Shown here: one piece after another, positions 1 through 11,097 of the stretch
How the letters are laid out: every line of letters starts with the position of its first letter
Numbering within the stretch: the stretch's first letter is position 1
NCBI RefSeq assembly: GCF_030028105.1
Contig: NC_092382.1
Span: 20,377,792 to 20,441,791 of the forward strand
Reading direction: 5' to 3'
Length of the DNA stretch: 64,000 bases
From: Mobula birostris
Taxonomy: Eukaryota
Program-made: the position numbers and the translations under genes
The notes under the pieces: generated by a model
Database searches by the model: none
The model's input: only the letters and a program-made list of their open reading frames with translations
Told to the model about the DNA's origin: nothing

Positions 1-210
1 TTATGGAACTGACGGCTTTGTGGCAAAGTTTGCGGATCATACGAAGACAGGTGGATGGGTGGGTATTGCTGAGGAAGCAATGCGATTGCAGCAGTTCATA
101 GACATATTGGAAGAAAGAGCACAAAAGCGGCAGATGGAATGCAGTATTGGGAAATGTACGATAATGCATTTTGGTAAAACGAACAATAGTGTGGACTGTA
201 ATCTAAACGG
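1..210 (+). mobile_element. CR1 LINE RT fragment (probably inside the intron of GPCR A)
   Basis: VAKFADHTKTGG...WQME...KCTIMHFGK-like translation matches the CR1 RT KFADDTK region. Confidence 0.8.
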
Positions 211-310
211 CTCGATATGGACTACCAGCCTTACCACGCACGCAACGTCACACTGAGCAATCGAGATACATTATGAATAACTGTCTCACTCTTTCTCTCT
301 CTTTTCTGAG

Positions 311-1185
311 TTAATTTAGCAGCGATTGTGATCCTGTCTCGCAGAAATTGTGGGCTTTCCAAATGTATCACTCGCTACCTCGTGGCCATGGCGGTTGCAG
401 ATCTGACGGTCGTTGTCCTTGGTGTTGTATTGAACAAAATCAATGCTCTCTATTTGTATGCTGATTTTCTGGTGAAACCCCCACTGTGTGGTGTGGAAAT
501 TATTCTGGGGATTGCAGCCATGGATTCTTCCGTTTGGCTGACTGTCGCTTTCACTTTCGATCGCTACGTCGCGATCTGCCTTCCGAAGCTGCGGACCCGA
601 TATTGTACGGAGAGAACAGCGACCGTGGTGATCGTGGTAGTGGCCATAGGTAGCTGTGTTCAGTCATTTCCATTTTACTTTGCAAGTGAACCAGGGGAGT
701 GCATTCCCAAACCCGAGTACTATACATCATCCCTGTGGAGAGGTTACGAGCTATTTGACACAATCATAACCCCGTTATTACCAGTTGGTTTAATTCTGCT
801 GTTCAATGTTTTAACCGCCAGATCTATTATAGCAGCGAATATGGTTCGCCGTGGACTTCGGAGCAATACTGACAACAAAAGTGATCCAGAGGTTCAGAAC
901 CGGAGAAAGTCAATGGTTTTGCTGTTCGCTCTATCTGCCAATTTCATATTATTGTGGATAACCAATATTGTGCACTCCATGACCTGGGCAGCGGTAAACG
1001 TGTTTTTCACTGACAAATATTACAACACGCCTATATTCATCCTACAAGCGTTCGGGGAAATGTTGATGTTGCTCAGCTCCTGCACCAACACGTGTATCTA
1101 CGGACTGACACAGAGGAAATTCAGGGAGGAGCTGAAGAATGGGGCGAAGTATCTGTTTACACTAAATGGGAAGCTCTCTAAATAA
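311..1185 (+). CDS. Orphan class A GPCR A, GPR139/GPR142-like, exon 2 (TM1 end to C-terminus); exon 1 lies upstream of the window
   Basis: Open frame (V)NLAAIVILSRRNCGLSKCITRYLVAMAVADL, DRY, YCTERTA, DPEVQNRRKS, CTNTCIY, TQRKFREELK. Polypyrimidine tract at 281-308; phase-1 acceptor in the same place as in the paralogues; AATAAA (1181-1186) overlaps the stop. Confidence 0.88.
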
Positions 1186-3329
1186 AATGTAAATATAATT
1201 ATCCCTAATTGTGTTTTACCATAATTATGTAGAATATTTTACTTCTGTATCGCTGTTCAGTGGCTGTTTCAGCTCTCGCTCTATAACTCATTGTGTTTTG
1301 CATGGAAACGAGACCAGGAGATTAAGCAGCAACAATGTGATTATTATCTTTGCGCACCACGTGACTATTCAGACCTATAACATTAGGTCAAAGTCCTCTG
1401 TGGTGGATGAAGAACTGAAACTCAGAACTAAGAATGACGAAGTTCAAATATCAGAGTAGTTTTATAGAATAAGTACACCGATGACCCGAGATGTGACAAT
1501 GAACATACAAAAGCAGACAAAATGTACAAACCACTGTGCGTCTGTAGAAGTTTGTAAAAGTTTAAATGCCGAATCTGGAGAGGCTTATATGAATATACTT
1601 GTAACACAACCTCGCAATAGGTCGTCTCAAATCCAACCACATTACGTTACTCTGACCTCTGCTGACTTCTTTTCCATTCCGAATGAGGTCGGGTGTCACA
1701 ACTGCAAATTTCCTTCCATAGATGCTGCCTGGCTTGCTTAGCTTTCTGTTGCGTGTAAAAAAAACACCTCGGCTGAATCCAAAACGCGAGCTGTACGTCA
1801 GGGTCTCTTATGCATTTGCTGATGTCAATGATGCCTATGTCACGTGCTAATCTTCAGTAGTATGACGTCAACACCTATTCATGTTGGGGGAGCGGGGTGT
1901 GACTGGGGACATCCCGTTCCCTTCACAAACACGTCATAAGGATTTCAGGAATTTATGACCATGTACGGGTTTCAGGCACCTGTAGGATCTCTACCCAGTG
2001 CCTTTCGTTGTTCCGTCTTTTTTCCCGCGTTTATGCAAACTCATTGGGAATATAGTACTGTGTCACTTAGTTTCCTTCCATTAAATCTGATCTAGCTATG
2101 TTGTAGTCCAGGAGTTTCCGAAACTTTTTATGTCATGTACTCCTATCATTAACAGAGGGATACGTGGACCCCAGAATGGAGACCTCTATTGCAGCAGAAA
2201 ATATTCCTGTTCAGTCTTGCATTATGTTCACTGGATTTCAAAGCAGAGCATGCTCCCTTTTACATTTCCGTGAGCAAGGGACGGAAGCAATCTTTCATTG
2301 CCCTGTGACCGTTGCAGCTTTGTCACATATGGTCGTATAACTGTGGACCAGGGGAAAACATTGTATGTATTTTCCCGATTTATTTTGTAATTGAAACTGG
2401 TCCAAGTATTGTTTTGCAGCACCTGAGGTCAAAGTGTCCATCCATATCCGAACAAAGTACCCCGGCGATAAATACCCTAGACGAATCCTAAAGAAGAGCC
2501 GCAATCAGAAACATCGTCTGTTCATTCACCTCCAACATTTTGAGTGAATTTCGCCAGATATCCGTTATGTGCCTATTCTATTATATTTCAGATATAATCG
2601 GCATTATAATTGTTTGATTTTGAGAGCATTCTGTATGCAATCATTTATCACTGAGAGTGGCCACTTCAAGCGCATGGCTTTGCGGATTTCTCTGTACGGG
2701 TGTTATTCTCCGGCTCCGGGATGAACTAAATGCCTAGCAGTCTATGCTTAAGTAGCAGTGTTATCCTCTTACCAGGGAACTGACCCGGCAGCACAGAAGT
2801 CTTTGTAAAACACAACCACCTTGCTAATTCCTAGGATGTAATTAATACTCCAGGCTGTAAGTTCTTCCTACAAAGGATAATCCGTTTATATCTGCATTTT
2901 ACCTGAGTTTTGAAGAATCAAGGGCGATCTTGTTCAAAATGCAGGTTTGAATTGAGACAGGAAATATGTTGAATAATTTTCATTTGTCTGTCACGCATGA
3001 ACAAGAGACGTTTTTTGTATAAAATCTGATCTTAATTGGATTGTATTAACACAACGTACTCTGTAAGCCAGATCATTAAAAATGTTCCATGCGCGTTAAA
3101 CAAACAATAAAACACCAACTGAAGTCAGAGCTCTAGCGAGCGTTTCGGCACTGGCATCAAAGGACTGTACACGCCGGCACAGATCAGCCATTACTGAGAC
3201 CAATACTAACGGAGGCGTGTGAGGCCCTTTGGCCCACTGCTCGCGCAGTCTTCCTCTGTTCTGCCTGCCTCTCCTCTCCATTCGTATTGATGAAAGCTGG
3301 AAGCTGATATGAAAGAGAGCACACCGACT

Positions 3330-4510
3330 ATGTGAATGACGTCAAATGCATTGAAAAATAAAGGTCAGGGGTCATTTCTGAAATGAATAGCATCCCTAGT
3401 TAATAAATGTTATGTAGGGGAGAACAAGGGTAACAAAATGCTAATCCAGCTGATTAGTATTTGGACAAGAAGGATCAGTCATGGACATGTCTGATGGGAT
3501 TTTAATGCAAGCAAGTGCGGGGCGCTGTACATGGGGTTCTAATATAAGTGAAAATATGCCATTAATGACAGATCGTTAATAGAATTGTACACTATTGCTT
3601 TAAAGAGTATCTGTCCGCCTAAACATAGAGATCACAGACAGTGTGTACACAAGCTGGCAGGATGTTAAAAGCACAAATGACATGTTTGCCTTCAGTGGGA
3701 CGGCCAGTGGGTGGAATAGTCAGGAGTTCATATAAACCTTTGGTAGAACTCCAGTTATAGTTTTCTATACAATACATTGTGATATAATACGTATAACATT
3801 ACAGCACATTACAGGCCCATCGGCCGGCGACGATGTCCAGACGCTTCAATGTACTCTAAATTCAATCTAACCATCCGCGACAACACAGCCTACTATTTAC
3901 ATAGCCAATCTGCCTAACTAAGAGTTTTTAGATAATAATCCTCCACGCTATCGACGACTCAGTCAACTTTCGTCTCATCTGTAAAGCTTCAAATCCCCAC
4001 TACACCAAACAAGTCGTTTTTAAATATCTCAAAGAGCAGTGGTTTCAGAACAGGTTCCCCTGAAGACAGCAATGGTCACAGTCCTCCAAGCGGAATAGTC
4101 TCCCACTACTAACATCCTCTGGTTTCTCCGCGAAAGCTAATTCGGTATCCACACAGCCACATTTTCTGGCTCGCATGCCTTCAGTTTTTATTAAGGACCC
4201 TACAATGGGGAACCTTATCAAGTGCCTTACTAACGTCCACAGGCACCACATCCACTGCTCTACCTTCATCAACATCCTTCGTCACATCATCAAAGAATTC
4301 AGCCAGACTCGTGATTCATGACCTGTTCCTTACAAAGCCATGTTGACTGTCCTTAAGCGGACTATATTTCTTCATGTACTAGTAAATCCTGTCTGTCCAA
4401 TAATTCAGCCACGGCTGAAGTAAGACTCTGGTCTGTGGTTCTCAGTTTTAACTTCTCCCCATTTCCTGAAGAAAGGAATAACATTTGTCACCTTCCAATT
4501 GTCTGGTACT
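3330..4510. mobile_element. Two heavily decayed CR1 fragments (+ about 3330-3780, - about 3790-4510)
   Basis: Residual CR1 RT nucleotide motifs (aaccttatcaagtgccttac, ccatgttgactgtcc, ttttaatgcaagcaagtgc). Confidence 0.55.
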
Positions 4511-5109
4511 CCTGTGGCAAATTAGAATTTGAAAGAGTGCTTTACCAGTGTGTGACCGGGAAAACAAGGAATCAAACTACAGGACCAGTAGTTCAGGAAA
4601 TCCCGTGACTTTCGGAGACGGGATTGCAGAATGTGAACTGTGAAAAACCACAGAGGAATAATCGACCGAATGTCATGTGTCTACTTGGAAGGATTTGTTG
4701 TGATGCGTCCGACCAACAGTCTCCGCGTTTTTCCGCATCGTGAGTGGCTCAATGATTCAATTGGGCACTCTGAGATCGGGCATCACATGACGAAACTGGC
4801 ATGGCGGGTGCCTGGACTGTGGGCAATTCCATCATCTCAGTTATTCAGGCTATAAAAGAGAAATCTGGACCCCTTGTGAAGCTTACTGTGGGAAATATGG
4901 TGCTCCCGTTACTGCGTCACTGTGAAGAGATTCACCCTCAAACATAATGTCTGTTTCACTGTTAAATATAATGAAAATACTACCCCCTTGGTCCGAACAT
5001 TCAGACATTTTGTTCGTATCTAACTGGCTCCAGTGCAAACCCTTCAGTTGCCCCCTGTTTCATGCGTTCCACGTAGTTACAGCATGTTTCAAAATGAAGT
5101 TACAAAATG

Positions 5110-5440
5110 TTTCCCATGATCGGGGAGCCTAGTACGAGGGGGCATGACTTAAGGATTGAAGGGCGCTCATTCAGAACAGAAATGCGAAGAATTTTTTTAG
5201 TCAGAGGGTGGTGAATCTATGGAATTTGTTGCCACGGGCAGCAGTAGAGGCCAAGTCATTGGGTGTATTTAAGGCAGAGATTGATAGGTATCTGAGTAGC
5301 CAGGGCATCAAAGGTTATGGTGAGAAGGCGGGGGAGTGGGACTAAATGGGAGAATGGATCAGCTCATGATAAAATGGCGGAGCAGACTCGATGGGCCAAA
5401 TGGCCGACTTCTGAACCTTTGTCTTATGGTCTTATGGTCT
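5110..5440 (+). mobile_element. CR1 3' end with tail
   Basis: cagagggtggtgaatctatggaat...ggcatcaaaggttatgg...(cttatggt)n tail. Confidence 0.85.
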
Positions 5441-6409
5441 TATTCTCTGCCCAACTGACTTGTCCAGTGATTTGCATTTTTTTCCTCAAATGCAACGCAT
5501 GTTAACCTGTACATGCTGATTTGCACATAATTTACTGTCACTGTTGCAAAATATTTCCCTACACTCTAGTTGGAAAATTGTCTGAAATTTCTAGTTTTGG
5601 GAAAAACTCCCTCATATTTCCGGTATCACTCCCGAAATGATTTATTATCCAAATAGGTCATCGGAATTGAGTGCAGCGCTACTCTCGACAGTGGCAGGAG
5701 GAGAGCCATCCACCATGTGGGAAGTCTGATCCAAGTTCACAGTAGAACGGGGTTGAATGAGAAAGATTCAAATGTGTTGGAACTTCAACGAAACATATCT
5801 TTGTTTCCGGTTCAGTGATGCTTTATTATTGTCGGGGCCAAAACCAGACTGAAATGCTCCATAATCACAGACGCTTTATCGGCCCGCGGTGCTGGAGCCC
5901 AAGATGCCAAAAGCGTTTTCCGCATTGCTCCGTCTGGTCGCCATTTCTTTGCCGGGTGCTTTGCTGATTCGCCTCTGATATTGTCTCCAGCTGTTTGCAT
6001 TCGGGTCTGATGACCTTGCTGTGTGGAATAGTGATTCTAAATTCCTGCAAATCTGCTGATATTTTATTATCATTCCTGAAGCTGAAATAGTCTGAATTGA
6101 TAACGTGTGACAGCTTCTGTGTTATTTTGAGGTGCACCGCCGTTGTGAGACGTTGCGTTATTACAGGGTGGTCCTCATTCGTATAAAATCCATCGCTATT
6201 AGGAGCAGAAAATCAGAAGTGATGCTTTTTCGTTTATTTTGTGCTGAATTTTGTTCCTGAAGAAACTGTGATTCCAGATGATTTTCTTCTTTTTCACATT
6301 CTCTCCGACAACGGAATCTCCAAAAACACGTACGGCGTGAATTATTTCTGAATGATTCACTGGTCCGTGCGTCTCCATACATTTCAAATTTTCAAATATT
6401 TAAAACCCA

Positions 6410-8300
6410 ATTAATTCAGCAGATGCTGGGAATCCAATGCGACACACACACGAAATGTGGGGTGAATTCAGCAGGGCGGGCAGCATTTATGGAAATGAAT
6501 AAACTGTTGACGTATCGGGTCGAGATCATTGTTCAGGTCTGGAGAGTCAGGGGGAAGTCGTCAGAATAAAATGGCGGGAGGAGAGGAAAGTGATGGATGA
6601 AGCGAGGTGAAAGGCGAAGGGCTGGCGGTGAAGGAATCTGATAATGAGGACGGTGGAGTACAGGAAACCGGAAGCATTTTGGGACGCCGTGTGAGATGAT
6701 AGGCGGGTGAGAATAGGCATGAACCCGGGGTGGTGAATAGAAGAAGAGCGCAGAGAGGGGAATCTTTTTTTTCTCGACGTTCATGCCACCAGGTTGGCTA
6801 CCTAGACGGAAAATAAATTGTCGCTCCTCCATCTTGAGGGCAGCCACACTGTGGCACAAGAGGAAGCCATGAGCCGAAAATGTCGGAATGGGAATGGGAA
6901 TCAGAATTAAAATGTTTGAACGCCGGGAAGCTCTGCTTTTCACGGATGGAGCGATGGCGCTGAACGAAATGAGACCCAGTTTATCACAGGTCTCAGCAAC
7001 GTAGCGAAGGCCGCGCCAGAAGCCCCAGACACAACAGACGACCGCAGCAGATTCGCAGGTGAAGTGTTGCCTTACCTGGAAGGACTGTTTGCGACCCGGA
7101 CTAATGGTGAGGGAGGAGATGAATGTGCCGTTGTGGCGCTTTGGGTGCCTGCAGGGATAAGCGCCGGGAGGGAGATCGGTGCGGAGGGCTGAATGAGACA
7201 GGGGTTCATGGAGGGAGCGATCCCTGCGGAAAGCGGAGAGATGGGGTTGAGAGGTAGTGATATCTTTGTTGGTAGCATCGCTATAAAAGTGGGATCGACC
7301 CGTCCACACTCACCAAGTCTCCCGCCAGTTTAACGGCGATGGAGTTCCTCTTGCTGTTACCTACCGCTCCACGGCGTTACAACCCTAAAATTCATAATTT
7401 CCGATTTCCACCCTCTCCAGACAAACTTATCGTTACCTCTCCATCACCGCCCCCGCCCCCCAACCACGCTCCGCTTTCCACAGGACGGCTTCCTTCGTTA
7501 TTCCGTTTTGTTTCTGACCCTCACCATTCACCTCCCTGCCGGCGCTTACCCCTGCAAGCGGCCACAGCGCTACACCTGTCTACCCAACTCCCACATCACC
7601 ACCAGTCTTTGTCCCCAAACAGCCCTTTCAGATGAGACAACAATTTGCCAACGAATCCACTGGGGTAGTCGGCGTGTGCAATGTTCCCGAAGCAGTCTTC
7701 TCTACATTGGCAAGACCCATCGTTAATCGGAGGACCACTTCGTCGAGCCGCTCAGCTCCAACCGCCGAAAAAAGATCTTCCCGCAGGCCAAGCATTTAAA
7801 TTCCGATTTCTGTTCCTGTTCTGACATGTCGATCCTCAGCTTCCTCTCGTTCCACGATGAGACCATCCTCAGGATGGAGGAGCAACATCCTGTATGTTGT
7901 CTGGGCAGCCCCCAACCTGATGGCATGAATATCGATTCTCCTTGCGGTGGAAAGAATGATTACCCTTCCCCTGTTGTCCTATTCGCCAATCTGGCCTTTT
8001 ACCTCTTCTCACCTGCCTATCACCTCCTTGTCAGTCCTCCCCAACTTCCCTTTCTCCTGTGGACCATTCTCCCGTCCAATCAGATTCCTTCCTCTCCATC
8101 GCTTTAGTTTTCCCGGCCACCAGGCTTGACCTATCACCGTCCAGCTATCCTTCCCCTCCTCCGTTACCTTTTCATTCTGGCGTCTCGCCACTTCGTTTCC
8201 GGTCCTGAAGAAGGGTTTCGGCCCCACACTTCGGCTGTTTATCCATTCCCATAGATGCTGCTTGACCTGCGGAGTCCTCTCGCAGTTTGTTTGTGTCGCT
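6410..8300. mobile_element. Penelope-like element in inverted arrangement (minus arm about 6410-7310, plus arm about 7310-8300)
   Basis: GIY-YIG-like HFTCESAAVVCC...LRYVAET (-) and VQCSRSSLLYIGKT (+); both outer ends carry the pLTR with a degenerate hammerhead core. Confidence 0.8.
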
Positions 8301-9096
8301 TTTAGTATTTTTGCTGTGAGGCATCGTGACGGAGGGTGCGAGTCAAACGTGTTATTACAATGTTTTTGAGCCATTGATGCCTCACTGCGTTTCAATAATG
8401 ACGTTGAATTAAAAACCGGGTGGCCCGTAATGTCCCGGTTATCAATGACTCCGAAAACTTGTACTCAGATAAAGCGATTTAAAGGCCAGGAGCTTTCCAT
8501 CCTTACAGCTACAAACACCTGGAACTCGTTACTCTCATAAACGTCAAGCTGTCATTGCTCTCACGATGTGATTTTGAGATGGTCATTGGTCTAATGATTC
8601 ATTAGTAGATTTGTAGGTCTACAGTGTTGAATTTATCTTTCAGCTTTATGGCTCCGATTTGTGACTATCCCATTAACGAGCTGTATGTTATGAGGAAGTT
8701 TATTAGGTCGTGGTGTTTATAACACCAGAACGTTCAATGTGTTTTAACAGCAATATTGCAATGTGTTCCATACTTATTTTGTTTATCTTCGTACGTTTCC
8801 AGTGTTATAATTTGGGGGTTATGCCGCAGAATGTATGTGGTTCTAGTGTACTGTGTGCGATGCATTCGAGAGGCTACCGAGTGTTTCAGCCTCATTCACG
8901 AAATGAACAAAGTTGCAGATGACAATAGAGGAGGTTGGTCGGGATCCTCAGGGAAGAGTGAGGGACATGACGTGTTGAAACTAGAGAGTTGTGTCCATCC
9001 ATCCAGGGAGAATTTGGAGCAACACGGATAATCATTGGACAACATTCCGACCTTCTTCTGGAAAGCAATAGAGAAAGACACTGGTCACATAGACCA

Positions 9097-10043
9097 TCAG
9101 TGTCGAATCCTTTTCACAATGAGTGCCGGAGGAGAGTTCAACACCTCCTTCATCTGCTCCCTGAGCTTAGTCTGACAGACGAGGTAAAGAGCACAGATGT
9201 TGCAGCATGGAGCACAGTTGATTGAAAAATGAAGGTATCTTCAAACAATGTGGGACGCCCACTGCATCAGTCATCCTGTTCCCGATAGCCATCACCGATA
9301 CAATGCCCACACAGGGTGAAATTTTCCGAGACGATCAGTAGTAAAACGAGGGACTTCCTGCTACTCCGCACCTCCGGGTCTCTGGAACTCTGACCATTGC
9401 TGGGACCCCAGAGTCAGCGGTGGACTCTACTGGCCAGTAGAACGATGGTGATGGTGAAAGGATTGAGCAGGGTAATAACAACCAATGGGGTAATAGTGAT
9501 GGTGATGGTGAAAGGACTGAGCAGGGTAATAACAACGAATGGGGTAATAGTGATGGTGATGGTGAAAGGACTGAGCAGGTAATAACAACGAATGGGGTAA
9601 TACTGATGGTGATGGTGAAATCATTGAGCAGGGTAATAACAACGAATGGGGTAATAGTGATGGTGATGGTGAAAGGACCGAGCAGGGTAATAACAACGAA
9701 TGGGGTAATAGTGATCGTGATGGTGAAAGGATTGAGCAGGGTAATAACAACGAATGGGGTAATAGTGATCGTGATGGTGAAAGGACTGAGCAGGATAATA
9801 ACAACGAAATGGATAATAGTTGAAAAGACTGAACGAAGGACATCCAGTACAGTGACACCTGAAATTGCCAACTCCGCAGGCAAGGCCACCCTATGTTAGA
9901 AGAAGAATATATATCTTGGACCATGAAGAACCAGAAAATGTTCTTTAAACGACTCAGTGAAGCCACAAAGATCAGAACCACAGCCGTCGTCCTCCCAGTT
10001 CAATACTAAGCGTTTAGATCCTGGAAGCAAATGCCCACAAATC
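9097..10043 (-). pseudogene. 5'-truncated GPCR pseudogene, close paralogue of GPCR C
   Basis: Colinear with 28320-28973 (LKNIFWFFMVQDIYSSSNI, VLDVLRSVFSTII). Has frameshifts, a TM7 deletion and an internal tandem expansion; homology stops at the TM3 DRF motif. Confidence 0.9.
9444..9820. repeat. 54-bp minisatellite, 7 units, derived from the TM5 coding segment
   Basis: Unit gatggtgatggtgaaaggactgagcagggtaataacaacgaatggggtaatagt reads ITITITPFVVITLL(N/S)PFT on -; one unit is 53 bp. Confidence 0.92.
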
Positions 10044-10689
10044 TGGTCTGGTTGGAAAGTGGAGATAGTAGACATGAGATTATTTTACTAGTGACTTTTG
10101 TGGTTAGACACAAGAACGGTGGCTCTTTTGATTTAAAGCAAATTAAATACGTATTTTAAGCAACATACTTGGGATTGTGGTGATATAAATACTTGTTTTG
10201 ATTTATGCAATTTACTTTGTTTATTTGAGCGTGGTTTATCGGAGGATGTAAGTAGTTGTGCGTTGTGTGTGCTGGGTCGGAGAAACGTTGTCTCGTTTGT
10301 CGGTGTGCAAGTGTGCAGTTAAATGACGACAAAATTAAGTTGACTTGAATAAGTGCTGGAGGAAGCTAAGAAATCAACCTCTGAACCCCACCCCGCAAAA
10401 AAGAGCCCACTTGACCCGCAGTAGAAGGCGATTTTGGATTCCCCAGTGGAGAAATGATAATGACAGAGACAACGTTACCAATAGAAAGTGGTTAAAGGGG
10501 AGAATGTAAGGCTGCCAATGTGGGGCATCCCGTTAGCATGGTGATTTTGGAGAGGTTACTATGTGCACACAGAAAACAGGAGAAAATGAAACTTTATATC
10601 CCGTTTCCTTGACACATGGGAATCATCTGCTGGTACAGACTTGCAGAACCACTCTGCGCTAGCAGTACAAACGGAAACTGCATAACGAC

Positions 10690-11095
10690 ATTTATCAGAG
10701 ATTAAGGGAGCTAGGGCTTTACTCTTTGGAGAGAAGGAGGATGAGAGGAGACATGATAGAGGTATACAAGATAATAATAGGAATAGATAGAGTGGATAGC
10801 CAGCGCCTCTTCCCCAGGGCACCACTGCTCAATACAAGAGGACATGGCTTTAAGGTAAGGGGTGGGAAGTTCAAGGGGGATATTAGAGGAATGTTTTTTA
10901 CTCAGAGAGTGGTTGGTGCATGGAATGCACTGCCTGAGTCAGTAGTGGAGGCAGATACAGTAGTGAAGTTTAAGAGACAGGTATATGGAGGAATTTAAGG
11001 TGGGGGCTTATATGGGAGGCAGGGTTTGAGGGTCAGCACAATATTGTGGGCCGAAGGGCCTGTACTATGCTGTACTATTTTATGTTCTATGTTCT
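10690..11095 (+). mobile_element. CR1 3' end
   Basis: LERRRMRGDMIEVYKII...TRGHGFKVRGGKFKGD; (ttctatg)n tail. Confidence 0.9.
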
Positions 11096-11097
11096 AT

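Noticed and set aside
4520-4930. Possible solo LTR (TATAAAA near 4851)
   Set aside because: No clear TG...CA termini, target duplication or second copy visible
9335-9981. ORFs with His-rich or VMVMVKGLSR repeats as novel proteins
   Set aside because: They are alternative-frame readings of the 54-bp repeat inside a pseudogene
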